From: Candidatus Poseidoniaceae archaeon
GTDB taxonomy: Archaea; Thermoplasmatota; Poseidoniia; Poseidoniales; Poseidoniaceae
Reading direction: 5' to 3'
NCBI GenBank assembly: GCA_049616955.1
Contig: JBMZIJ010000001.1
Span: 66,797-130,796 of the forward strand
Length of the DNA: 64,000 nt
Shown here: positions 36,605 through 45,660 of the stretch, one piece after another
How the letters are laid out: each line of letters starts with the position of its first letter
Position numbering within the stretch: position 1 is the first letter of the stretch
Translations under genes and position numbers: made by a program
The notes under the pieces: model-generated
Told to the model about the DNA's origin: nothing
What the model saw: the letters and a program-made list of their open reading frames with translations, nothing else
Database searches by the model: none

Positions 36605-37033
36605 ATGGGTAGAGGACTCTTTGCAGGTGCAAAAATGGCCAAGGACCGTCAGAAGTTTCGTTGGTCTGACCGACGATACAAGAAGCGTATGCTCAAGTCT
36701 CGCGCCAAGCACGATCCTCTCGCAGGTTCCACCCAAGCAAAGGGTATCGTTGTCGAGAAAGTCGGTATCGAAGCCAAGCAACCAAATTCCGGAATTCGTA
36801 AGGCTGTCAAAATTTCACTCATCAAGAACGGTAACAAATTGACCGCTTTCGCACCTGGTGACGGTGCGATCAACTTCATCGACGAACACGATGAGGTCAT
36901 GGTCGAAGGTATCGGTGGACGCATGGGTCGTTCCTACGGAGATATTCCAGGAGTCCGTTACAAGGTCATTCAAGTCAACGGCGTATCCCTCGACGAAATG
37001 GTTCGAGGACGCAAGGAGAAGCCAGTCCGCTGA
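36605..37033 (+). CDS. rps12: Ribosomal protein S12 (uS12)
   Basis: '[30 protein letters not shown]'. Start at the ATG at 36605; the track ORF begins at a TTG at 36599. Confidence 0.95.
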   Translation: MGRGLFAGAKMAKDRQKFRWSDRRYKKRMLKSRAKHDPLAGSTQAKGIVVEKVGIEAKQPNSGIRKAVKISLIKNGNKLTAFAPGDGAINFIDEHDEVMVEGIGGRMGRSYGDIPGVRYKVIQVNGVSLDEMVRGRKEKPVR

Positions 37034-37043
37034 GGTGTTTGTG

Positions 37044-37649
37044 ATGTCAGAAGAAGCAGTAGTCGACGAACGCCCTATCGCTGGTATCGGAACACTTGTT
37101 TTCGGCAAGTGGGATGCAGCTGAAGTTGTTTGCAATGACCCTGGTCTTGCACCATACGTTAACCTCACAACCGTCGGTGTACCACACACTGGAGGACGTC
37201 ACGCCAACATGTGGTTTGGAAAGTCCAAACTCAGTGTCGTTGAGCGTTACATCAACAAACTCATGCGAACAGGAGCTTACACTGGTAAGAAACAATCCGC
37301 AATGAAGGCGTTCGAAAGCGCTCTTGATGTTCTCGCTGAGCGACGCAAGATGAATCCACTCCAAATCTTCGTCGATGCGATCTGCAATGCGGCTCCAATG
37401 GAAGAAATCACACGAATTAAGTTCGGTGCTGTTTCTCAGCCAAAGGCGGTAGACTCCTCACCATCTCGACGACTCGATGTTGCACTGAAGAACCTCGCAA
37501 AGGGTGCTCAGCAAGGCACACACAAGTCCAAGCGAACCCTCCAACAATGCATCGTCAATGAGCTCAACAAAGCATCTGAAGGCGATGCAACTTCGTTTGC
37601 TGTTGCAAAGAAAGAAGAAGTTGAGCGAATCGCAGCATCCGCTCGATGA
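37044..37649 (+). CDS. rps7: Ribosomal protein S7 (uS7)
   Basis: 'LMRTGAYTGKKQSAMKAFESAL' and the usual C-terminal block. Start at the ATG at 37044, after the S12 stop; the track ORF (36858) over-extends into S12. Confidence 0.9.
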   Translation: MSEEAVVDERPIAGIGTLVFGKWDAAEVVCNDPGLAPYVNLTTVGVPHTGGRHANMWFGKSKLSVVERYINKLMRTGAYTGKKQSAMKAFESALDVLAERRKMNPLQIFVDAICNAAPMEEITRIKFGAVSQPKAVDSSPSRRLDVALKNLAKGAQQGTHKSKRTLQQCIVNELNKASEGDATSFAVAKKEEVERIAASAR

Positions 37650-37740
37650 AACCGCATACGGCGACGAATTTCGTCGAACTTTTGCGACTCACTTAAGAAC
37701 CCCATTCAAGTGGGCGAATTGAACCAGACAGGTGGATACC

Positions 37741-39948
37741 ATGGGACGAAAAGAAGACAACATCAAAAAGGCTACAGAAGTTATGCACGTTCTTCCACAG
37801 ATTCGAAATCTGTGCATTGCTGCGCACATTGATCACGGCAAGACAACACTCTCTGACAACTTGATTGCTGGAGCAGGAATGATGTCCAGCGATTTGGCTG
37901 GTGCTGCCCGTGTTCTCGACTTTGACGAGCAAGAATCTGCTCGTGGAATTACCATCAACGCTGCATCCGCTTCCATGGTTCACGCTGTTGAAGGAACTGA
38001 TTACCTCATCAATCTCATCGACACACCTGGTCACGTCGACTTTGGTGGCGACGTTACTCGTGCCATGCGTGCTGTTGACGGTTGTTTCATTCTTGCCTGT
38101 GCTGTTGAAGGCCCAATGCCTCAAACTGAGACTGTTGTCCGTCAAGCACTCAAGGAGAAGGTGAAGCCTGTTCTCTTCATCAACAAGGTCGACCGACTCA
38201 TCAACGAACTTCAGGTTACCCCTGAAGACATGATGAACCGATTCCAAGAAACCATTACCAAGGTCAACAAACTGATCAAGCAATTCGCTCCTGAAGAATT
38301 CAAGAAAGAATGGCAAGTCAGTGTCATGGACGGTACTGTAGCATTCGGTAGTGCTTACCACAACTGGGGTATTACCATCCCTTACATGAAGAAGTCTGGC
38401 GTAACCATGACCGACATTTTCCAGTACTGTAACGATGAGAAGCAGAAGGAACTTGCACAGGCTGCACCAGTTCACGAAGTTCTTCTTGACATGGCTGTAA
38501 CTAAGCTGCCAAGCCCAGTTGAGGCTCAGCCCTACCGTATCCCGAACATTTGGACTGGTGACCTTGAATCCTCGATTGGTAAGGCCATGATGGCTTGTGA
38601 CCCTGAAGCAGAACTTGCTATGATGATCACAAAGATTTGGATGGATCCGCACGCTGGTGAAGTTGCTGTCGGTCGTATTTACTCCGGTGCAATCTCTCAA
38701 GGTGAATCCGTCTTCGCCATCGGTGCTGCAAAGCCAGAACGTGTTCAACAAGTCAGCATGATGGTTGGTGGTGATCGAATCACTGTACCAAAGGTCGTAG
38801 CTGGAAACATTGCGGCAATCACCGGTATCCGAAGCGCTGCCGCTGGTGTAACGCTCTCTCGTGACAAAGACTTCACTCCATTCGAAGCCATTCGACACTA
38901 CTCAGACCCTGTCGTTACTGTTGCTGTCGAGCCAAAGAGCATGAAGGATCTTCCAAAGTTCATTGACGCACTTCGCTCTCTTGCAAAGTCTGATGCTTCA
39001 CTCCAAGTGACAACCAACCAGGAAACTGGTGAAGCGTTGCTCGCTGGAATGGGAGAACTTCACCTTGAGATCACAGTGTACCGAATTGAAGAGGAACAGA
39101 ACATCAAGGTCAGTGTTAGCCCACCAATCGTCGTCTACCGTGAAGGTGTTCAAGGAAGCAACCGTGGAAATGCGTTTGAAGGAAAGTCTCCAAACCGCCA
39201 CAACCGTTTCTTCTTTGAAATTGAAGCACTTCCTGCTGAAGTCGTCAGCGCTCTACGCAACGGTGACCTTGGCGATGGTCCAGTTCGAAGCAGTGATGCA
39301 AAGGAAACTGGAAACAAATTCGGCGAACTTGGTATGGATAAGGATTTGATGCGAAAGATCTACGCCATTAACGGAACAAACGTTCTCGTAAACGACACAA
39401 AAGGTATCCAAGGACTTCACGAAACTCGTGAATTGATCATTGAAGCATTCAATGAAGTCTGTAAGAAGGGTCCAATCGCTGATGAGCCTGTACAAGGTAT
39501 GTTCGTTCGATTGACGGACGCAAAACTTCACGAAGACGCTATCCACCGTGGACCTGCACAAACCATCCCTGCTGTTCGTAACGGAATCAAGGGTGCTATG
39601 ATGCGTGCGAAGACGGTTCTTCTTGAACCAATGCAGAAGGCATTCGTATCCGTTCCAAACGACTGGCTTGGTCAAGTCACACGTGAGGTCACAAACCGAC
39701 GTGGAATCATTGAGGACATGCCAAGTGAAGGCGATGTGACAACCGTTGTTGGTGTCCTACCAATCGCTGAGACCTTTGGTTTCTCCAACGATATCCGTGC
39801 TGCTTCGCAAGGACGAGCTGTCTGGAACACGGAGAACCTTGGATTCGAAATGCTCCCACCACAACTCTTCGACAAGGTTGTCGGTGAAATTCGAACCCGT
39901 AAGGGATTGAAGCCTGAGCCTAACCCTGAATCCTACTATGCTGATTGA
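37741..39948 (+). CDS. fusA: Translation elongation factor 2 (aEF-2)
   Basis: 'MGRKEDNIKK', G1 'AAHIDHGKTTLSD', G3 'DTPGHVDFGG', diphthamide loop 'HEDAIHRGPAQ'. Confidence 0.95.
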   Translation: MGRKEDNIKKATEVMHVLPQIRNLCIAAHIDHGKTTLSDNLIAGAGMMSSDLAGAARVLDFDEQESARGITINAASASMVHAVEGTDYLINLIDTPGHVDFGGDVTRAMRAVDGCFILACAVEGPMPQTETVVRQALKEKVKPVLFINKVDRLINELQVTPEDMMNRFQETITKVNKLIKQFAPEEFKKEWQVSVMDGTVAFGSAYHNWGITIPYMKKSGVTMTDIFQYCNDEKQKELAQAAPVHEVLLDMAVTKLPSPVEAQPYRIPNIWTGDLESSIGKAMMACDPEAELAMMITKIWMDPHAGEVAVGRIYSGAISQGESVFAIGAAKPERVQQVSMMVGGDRITVPKVVAGNIAAITGIRSAAAGVTLSRDKDFTPFEAIRHYSDPVVTVAVEPKSMKDLPKFIDALRSLAKSDASLQVTTNQETGEALLAGMGELHLEITVYRIEEEQNIKVSVSPPIVVYREGVQGSNRGNAFEGKSPNRHNRFFFEIEALPAEVVSALRNGDLGDGPVRSSDAKETGNKFGELGMDKDLMRKIYAINGTNVLVNDTKGIQGLHETRELIIEAFNEVCKKGPIADEPVQGMFVRLTDAKLHEDAIHRGPAQTIPAVRNGIKGAMMRAKTVLLEPMQKAFVSVPNDWLGQVTREVTNRRGIIEDMPSEGDVTTVVGVLPIAETFGFSNDIRAASQGRAVWNTENLGFEMLPPQLFDKVVGEIRTRKGLKPEPNPESYYAD

Positions 39949-40421
39949 GCATGGTTTCAGGATCCATTGCAGGCCTGTTTGCTACAACAAAGGGTGGTGT
40001 ACCCAAACCACGTGTTGAGTTTCTGGAAGTCACAACACTTGGCATTCGAAACGAGGTTATCCGCGATACGAAGCACCATGGTGGTTCTGAAAAAGCAGTA
40101 TGTCTCATCAGTTCTGAAACGATCGAGTATTTGCAATCTCTTGGCCATCCGATCTCAGGGGGTTCAACAGGCGAGAATCTCCTCTTGACCGTCCCGCAAG
40201 AATCACTTTATCCAGGCGTTCAGGTTTCATTCGAAAACGTGCAACTCGAAATTACGATGGCTGCTTCACCATGCAAGACCATTCAAGATTCGTTTACAGG
40301 TGGTGATTTCAATCAACTCTCTGATAAGAAGTACCCTGGCCAAACACGTTGGTATGCGCGAGTTCTCGTAGAAGGTACCATCCATGAGGGAGAACAAGTA
40401 ACAATCAACTCAGACGCTTGA
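39945..40421 (+). CDS. MOSC domain protein (YiiM-like)
   Basis: 'KHHGGSEKAVCLIS' and 'GENLLL' motifs; 158 aa; ATGA overlap with the EF-2 stop. Confidence 0.7.
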   Translation: MSMVSGSIAGLFATTKGGVPKPRVEFLEVTTLGIRNEVIRDTKHHGGSEKAVCLISSETIEYLQSLGHPISGGSTGENLLLTVPQESLYPGVQVSFENVQLEITMAASPCKTIQDSFTGGDFNQLSDKKYPGQTRWYARVLVEGTIHEGEQVTINSDA

Positions 40422-42159
40422 GTTGAAGGTCTGTTAATTCACGCAATGCGATCATTGCTGGTCCATCCGGCAATCGGTCTAAGCACGCATGTGCATGCTG
40501 ATGATATTCGTTGGCTTTTCCACGTGCATAAGCGATTGAACCGAGTTCATCGAGGGCAGCAATACCATCTTGAATCATCGATTCTGTCGCATCCTCACAC
40601 GTTCCAAGTACGGAAAGCAAACGTGATTTTGCATCCGAATCGGGTTGCGAAAGGGCATGAATGACCATCAGTGTTTGCTTCCCTTGAGCAACATCGGAAC
40701 CCGTTGGTTTACCAAGCGTTGCCGAATCGGAGAGAACATCGATGAGATCGTCCATCAATTGGAAGCAAAGTCCTACAGAGAGACCCCATTCGGCGAGACA
40801 TTGGACAACTTCTTCATCCGCACCTGCAACTCGTGCACCGAGTTCTGCACAGATGAGGAACATGACTGCTGTTTTTCCTTCAATCATCTCCAAGTATTCT
40901 TCTTCTGAAACCCGATCCCGTGTTTCGAATTCAATATCCAATTGTTGTCCTTCAGAAACGCGTCGAACCATCCATGCTATTCGATTGACGAGTGATGGAA
41001 TGTCATGCAGTTCAATGTTTGCTGACATGACCAATCGTTCGAAAGCAATAGCAAGCATTGCATCGCCTGCGTTGATGGCTGTCGGCATATCGTATTCGAT
41101 ATGCACTGCGTTTCGGCCACGACGAATCTCGTCATCGTCCATGATGTCATCATGTACCAACGTAAAGTTGTGAATTGTTTCAATGGCCGCACCAATATCA
41201 AGGAGACCTGAATGCGTGTCGCCTACTGCACGACCAACCAGCCATGGAAGTGTTGCTCGCATTCGCTTTCCTCCTCCATGAATCAAGTGCATCATCGCAC
41301 CAGCCAAACGTTCGTGTCGTGAAGCTGTCAAACTCTCAATGATACGTTGTTCAATGAACGGTTTGACTTCGTTGATGCTCGTGAGCAAGTCAGCGCCTTC
41401 TGCATTAGGCAACATATGCGTCACATCACCCATGTCATGAATCAATCCATCTTGAAGGGCTTCACAAGCAGTTTGATTGCCGATTGCTTTCCACCAATCG
41501 TCGTTCATCAAGCGTGCAGCAATGCAACGGAACCAAGGAGCGATGATTTCTTCACTTTCGGCATCGACCAACATCGCATCCAATTCTTCAGCATTCACCC
41601 ACTTGATTGCGGCCACCTCATTCGGATTTGGATCGACGTCGACATCAGCCTGAATCATCAAAATGTGATCGATTTCCCGTTCAATCCAATCCGCATTCAT
41701 TCGCGCAGAATAACGCATTTTCGTAATGAAGTGAAAATCGTTGATGTCGACAGAATCTGGTGAAATACCGAGTTCCTGTTCGAGTTTCCGGATTGCTGCA
41801 ATCTTGACTCCACGAGCGTTTGCTTCATCCATTTCATCCTCACTTGCAAGAGGATGTGAGCAACACGAGTTTGCCCAAACGCTTGGGAATGTGATCTTGT
41901 CATGTGCTCGTTGTTGGAGAAGCAAACGTCCTTCAGAATTGAACAACAGCACACTAAACGCACGATGAAGCGAGCCAGATTGGTAGTGACTGTCTGCTTT
42001 ACTTATTTGACCGACAACAACATCGTTCTCATCAACTTGCAAAACCGCCTCTGCCATCATGCTGGCTTGGGTCGAATCTGAGGATTCTGATGCCAACAAT
42101 TCCGTAACATCGGAATCGATATTCGCCTCGGGAACACCTCCGCTTGCATAGTTCGTCAT
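40405..42159 (-). CDS. Fusion protein: type 1 isopentenyl-diphosphate isomerase (N-terminal) + trans-polyprenyl (GGPP-type) diphosphate synthase (C-terminal)
   Basis: The IDI1 part has 'LHRAFSVLLFNSEGRLLLQQRAHDKITFPSVWANSCCSHPL' and 'WIEREIDHILMI'. The synthase part has FARM 'LVHDDIMDDDEIRRGR' and SARM 'FQLMDDLIDV...GKPTGSD'. Single 584-aa ORF. Confidence 0.85.
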   Translation of the reverse strand: MTNYASGGVPEANIDSDVTELLASESSDSTQASMMAEAVLQVDENDVVVGQISKADSHYQSGSLHRAFSVLLFNSEGRLLLQQRAHDKITFPSVWANSCCSHPLASEDEMDEANARGVKIAAIRKLEQELGISPDSVDINDFHFITKMRYSARMNADWIEREIDHILMIQADVDVDPNPNEVAAIKWVNAEELDAMLVDAESEEIIAPWFRCIAARLMNDDWWKAIGNQTACEALQDGLIHDMGDVTHMLPNAEGADLLTSINEVKPFIEQRIIESLTASRHERLAGAMMHLIHGGGKRMRATLPWLVGRAVGDTHSGLLDIGAAIETIHNFTLVHDDIMDDDEIRRGRNAVHIEYDMPTAINAGDAMLAIAFERLVMSANIELHDIPSLVNRIAWMVRRVSEGQQLDIEFETRDRVSEEEYLEMIEGKTAVMFLICAELGARVAGADEEVVQCLAEWGLSVGLCFQLMDDLIDVLSDSATLGKPTGSDVAQGKQTLMVIHALSQPDSDAKSRLLSVLGTCEDATESMIQDGIAALDELGSIAYARGKANEYHQHAHACLDRLPDGPAMIALRELTDLQLKRLS

Positions 42160-42227
42160 ATGAGCCCCGAACTTTCTCTCGGCAGGCGCTACATAGAGAG
42201 TTCGCCTCGAAGGACAGGGAATTGACC

Positions 42228-42479
42228 CTACTTACGTCGAATCGACCAGTTCTTGCGGCCTAGACCTTCAAGAGCCATACCCGTCATCCCACCCCAAAGC
42301 AAAGGAGATTGAATCTGGAAATAGAACATTGGGACCATCACAAGGAAAGCAATGATCCAATGATGGAGCCAAATCGAATTTGTTCGAATATGGAATTTGG
42401 TGTTCTCAGTAGCCCACCGAACAATTGCAAATCCAACAACGATACCGAGTGAATACAATCCAAAGTCCACGGTAGACAC
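42228..42479 (-). CDS. Small three-TM membrane protein
   Basis: Hydrophobic ORF between ipk and the IDI-GGPPS gene on the same strand. Start placed at the GTG at 42479, directly after the ipk stop. The ATG at 42554 would overlap ipk by 74 nt. Confidence 0.5.
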   Translation of the reverse strand: MSTVDFGLYSLGIVVGFAIVRWATENTKFHIRTNSIWLHHWIIAFLVMVPMFYFQIQSPLLWGGMTGMALEGLGRKNWSIRRK

Positions 42480-42480
42480 C

Positions 42481-43296
42481 TCAAGGTAAAATCGTCGTAC
42501 CTCTCCAAGGCTCACCTCGAACAAGAGCAGCAATTCTCGTTGGATGTTCCCCATTGATGAGGTACACTCCGACTCCTGATTGCGCTACCAAGTGACCTCG
42601 ATTGATTTTCAAACCAATACCTCCAGTTACATCAATGTCAGATTGGTGCAACCCCTCATACTCAATATCTGGTGACCATTGGTCGATTAAATCATGTTCA
42701 TCGGCGAGGTGAGGTGGTACTTTGAGGAGACCATCGACGCCACCCATTGCAAAAATGAGCGACTCAATCTCTGGAAGTTCGAGTGAAAGCCTTGCCACGA
42801 GATCGTCGCCAGAAAGAATTCCAAATTGATCTTCACCATCAACATCAACAACATCACCAAACGATATGTGCACATGGTTTGGTTTGGAGTGTGAAAACCT
42901 CTCAAGTGAACCGTTGAAGTTTGGACCAAGGTTTGTTGCCCATTCATGAGGTGGGTGCGATTGTGTATGCAATCCAACACGTTCCAATTCCGATACGATG
43001 ATTGAGTTGAGTTCCAACATGTCTTTTCGGACATGTTCAACGGCTTCGGTTTGGGATGAACATGCGTCATTTTCTACTGCAAATCCAGGTAAATGACCCT
43101 CGTGAAGACGCCAACGTTTTGCCTTCAAGTGACCAAACGAACCTGCACCATGCACAATAATGACGTGAACGTCTTGTTGAGTTATGGAATGAACGGTGGA
43201 GCATAGATTCCGAATGATTTCGATGTTTGCAACACATTCCTCATCTTTTTTGGTAATGAGCGCACCTCCAAATTTGATGATAATGCGCCTCACCAT
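42481..43296 (-). CDS. ipk: Isopentenyl phosphate kinase
   Basis: 'MVRRIIIKFGGALITKK' and 'VIIVHGAGSFGH' (amino-acid kinase fold, IPK pattern). Start at the ATG at 43296; the track ORF (to 43623) is an upstream extension. Confidence 0.8.
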   Translation of the reverse strand: MVRRIIIKFGGALITKKDEECVANIEIIRNLCSTVHSITQQDVHVIIVHGAGSFGHLKAKRWRLHEGHLPGFAVENDACSSQTEAVEHVRKDMLELNSIIVSELERVGLHTQSHPPHEWATNLGPNFNGSLERFSHSKPNHVHISFGDVVDVDGEDQFGILSGDDLVARLSLELPEIESLIFAMGGVDGLLKVPPHLADEHDLIDQWSPDIEYEGLHQSDIDVTGGIGLKINRGHLVAQSGVGVYLINGEHPTRIAALVRGEPWRGTTILP

Positions 43297-43374
43297 GCCA
43301 TGGCCAAGAATCTGACCTTCATGAGTATGCCTACAAAACACAGGATTCAATAGTCTGCGTTGTTTGAGAACACC

Positions 43375-43716
43375 ATGACCGATGAAGGCCCAAGCCTCGA
43401 TTCCTTCCTTCGACACCTCCAAACAGAGGTTGAGGCGGCCAATGAGATTGCCGACAAATCTGAGCGAAACATTCGATTGTTGCAACTTGAATCGTCCATT
43501 CAAGAAGCAATCATCTTCGCAAATCGATACAAAGAATTGCAAAATCAAGGGGTTGACCCACTTCTCTTGGTCGATCCAAAGGTTCAGCAGGAACGTCCTG
43601 CTCCACCTGCAACGAAAGGACAAGCGATTCTACTTGGAACATCAACCTGCTCAACATGTGGTAAGCTTCTCGAAAACGATCTCGACTTTTGCCCGGCTTG
43701 CGGAGCAACGAAGTGA
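43375..43716 (+). CDS. Small coiled-coil protein with C-terminal zinc ribbon
   Basis: 113 aa, 'CSTCGKLLENDLDFCPACG' (CxxC-x10-CxxC). Divergent from ipk. Its stop abuts the kptA stop. Confidence 0.5.
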   Translation: MTDEGPSLDSFLRHLQTEVEAANEIADKSERNIRLLQLESSIQEAIIFANRYKELQNQGVDPLLLVDPKVQQERPAPPATKGQAILLGTSTCSTCGKLLENDLDFCPACGATK

Positions 43717-44406
43717 TCACTCTTCTTCTTCTCGAGTCCAGCGTGCAACGGTATCGACAATCATCGGATCGTCATCGCCAACGCGATAGAGGTATTCAGG
43801 AGGAACTTCGTCCGTTAAGAAGACAGTCTTCCCTGCACGATAGATGGTGTGACCATCAGCAACTGCACGTACAGTATCGACCTCGATGATGGCAGGACGA
43901 TCGATTCGAACATGACCTGCCTCCAATGCGTTAACGATTGTCTTGGAGAGGTGGATGTGGTTTCGAGTACCTGAGGTTATTCCAAGTTGAACGATGGCAT
44001 CAGCCTCGTTCGGTTCACATGGCCAGTACAGTGCCTCTGGAATTTCATCGGTCGGCAAGTCAAGTTCAATTTCGATGGAATGACCATAGGTGGCTCGAAT
44101 CATTTCACCTTCGACCTGATATCGACCCTTTTCATCAGCATTAGCAATGGCTTCAAAGTGCCATCCACGTAGCCAATGATAGTGGCGTCGCTGACCAGAA
44201 ATTGAGTCAGCAAGTTCTCGTGTGCTTACCCATCCGTTGATGTCCATTTCAACATTGAACTTCTCCGGTGCGTGTCGCAAAACAAGGGCGAGCATTCGGC
44301 CGAGGCTACCTGCTTCTCGGTCGCTCATGATGAATTTTCCTTCCTCGTTACAGACAGGACAGTTGGTGCCACTAAAGTGACCGTGCTTTCTACATTGGCG
44401 CAGCAT
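43717..44406 (-). CDS. kptA: RNA 2'-phosphotransferase Tpt1/KptA with N-terminal zinc-ribbon-like extension
   Basis: 'LGRMLALVLRHAPEKFNVEMDINGWVSTRELA', 'YGHSI', 'HIHLS' Tpt1 blocks, preceded by 'CRKHGHFSGTNCPVC'. Confidence 0.8.
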   Translation of the reverse strand: MLRQCRKHGHFSGTNCPVCNEEGKFIMSDREAGSLGRMLALVLRHAPEKFNVEMDINGWVSTRELADSISGQRRHYHWLRGWHFEAIANADEKGRYQVEGEMIRATYGHSIEIELDLPTDEIPEALYWPCEPNEADAIVQLGITSGTRNHIHLSKTIVNALEAGHVRIDRPAIIEVDTVRAVADGHTIYRAGKTVFLTDEVPPEYLYRVGDDDPMIVDTVARWTREEEE

Positions 44407-44490
44407 GTTCGTGGCCTATCGACACCCATTCATGAACCCTGCGGGTGTTTTGACCGACTCTATCAAATGCTTGATTCATCTGGAGAGAAC

Positions 44491-45660
44491 ATGGTCGATG
44501 TTGCAATGGTCGGTGCAGGCCAAACAAAATTCGGCAACCATCCTCTCGGATTGAAAGGAATGTGGGCAGAAGCAATCCAGAAGGCCATTCACAGCGTCGA
44601 TAACGGGTTCGATTCAACCGATGTCGAGGAAGCCTTCATCGGAAGCATTGCTTTTGGAGGATCGCAATTAGGGAACACGGCCGCCCTTCTCACCGAACAT
44701 TCAGGTATGGAAGGCGTAAGCGTACGTCGCGTCGAGAATGCTTGCGCTTCGTCTGGTTTTGCTCTTCGAGACGCTTGGATGGCCATCAAGAGTGGTCAAG
44801 CCGATGTTGTGGTTGCAGGTGGAATTGAGAAAATGAACGACTTGTCAGCCTCACGGAAACGCTACTGGCTCGGAGTTTCGGGTGATACGGAATGGGAGCG
44901 TCTCGCAGGCTTGACGTTTCCTGGAACCTATGCGCTGACAGCTCGAAGATACTTTCACGAATTTGATTCAACACACGATGACTTGGTGCATGTTTCCGTC
45001 AAGAACCATATGCACGGTTTTGAGAACGAAGTTGCGCATCTCAGGAAACAAGTCTCGTTTGAGAAAGCCCAATCAGGATTCATGGTTGCAGACCCACTCA
45101 CACTCTATGACTGCTGCCCAACGTCCGATGGAGCATCTGCTGTAATTCTGGTCGCGGATCACCTAGCACACAAGTTCACCGATACACCTGTTTGGGTCAA
45201 GGGATCTGGTGCAGGTTCCGACCATTTGGCGCTCCATGATAGGCCAAGCATCACCCAACTAAGGGCAACGCAATCGGCTGCAGCAAAGGCCTACAAGACT
45301 GCAGGTATCTCCGCATCAGATGTTGACCTCGCCGAAGTTCACGATTGTTTTACGATCGCTGAAGTGTTAGCCACAGAAGATCTTGGATTCGCAGGGCGTG
45401 GTCTTGGAGGAACGTTCGCTCGAGAGGGTGAAGGTCGGAGAAATGAAGGCAGCGTCACTATCAATGCCAGTGGAGGACTCAAATCGAAAGGGCACCCTCT
45501 TGGGGCTACTGGAACTGGTCAAGCCGTTGAAATGTTCAAGCAACTTCGACACCAAGTCGAGCCTGAGAGGCAGGTACGTGACGCAGAAATCGGTTTGACA
45601 CACAACGTTGGTGGTTCAGGGGCGACATGCGCAGTCCACATTTTCGGGAGAGAGAGATGA
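44491..45660 (+). CDS. Acetyl-CoA C-acetyltransferase (archaeal thiolase)
   Basis: 'MVDVAMVGAGQTKFG', active-site 'VENACASSG', 'GHPLGATG', 'NVGGSGA'. Start at the ATG at 44491; the track ORF (44272) extends antisense into kptA. Confidence 0.85.
   Translation: MVDVAMVGAGQTKFGNHPLGLKGMWAEAIQKAIHSVDNGFDSTDVEEAFIGSIAFGGSQLGNTAALLTEHSGMEGVSVRRVENACASSGFALRDAWMAIKSGQADVVVAGGIEKMNDLSASRKRYWLGVSGDTEWERLAGLTFPGTYALTARRYFHEFDSTHDDLVHVSVKNHMHGFENEVAHLRKQVSFEKAQSGFMVADPLTLYDCCPTSDGASAVILVADHLAHKFTDTPVWVKGSGAGSDHLALHDRPSITQLRATQSAAAKAYKTAGISASDVDLAEVHDCFTIAEVLATEDLGFAGRGLGGTFAREGEGRRNEGSVTINASGGLKSKGHPLGATGTGQAVEMFKQLRHQVEPERQVRDAEIGLTHNVGGSGATCAVHIFGRER

Noticed and set aside
37662-37676. 15-nt palindrome CGACGAATTTCGTCG between rps7 and the EF-2 gene
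   Set aside because: It is short (7-bp arms with a 1-nt centre), so it cannot form a stable hairpin, and it is unremarkable statistically. It may be an operon-internal processing or binding site, but there is no supporting evidence.
37693-38898. 401-aa ORF on the minus strand
   Set aside because: It lies entirely antisense to the highly conserved aEF-2 gene and has a low-complexity, Ser/Val/Asn/Cys-rich translation with no motifs. This is a typical stop-poor shadow frame of a strongly codon-biased gene.
42481-43623. Over-long track ORFs: ipk extended to 43623, thiolase extended to 44272, S7 extended to 36858, OPT extended to 60877, trmY extended to 55692
   Set aside because: The extensions overlap neighbouring well-supported genes or divergent promoters and have atypical composition. 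Internal starts reproduce canonical family N-termini (MVRRIIIKFGG, MVDVAMVGAG, MSEEAVV, MDEKSS, VRRFAVIGH).
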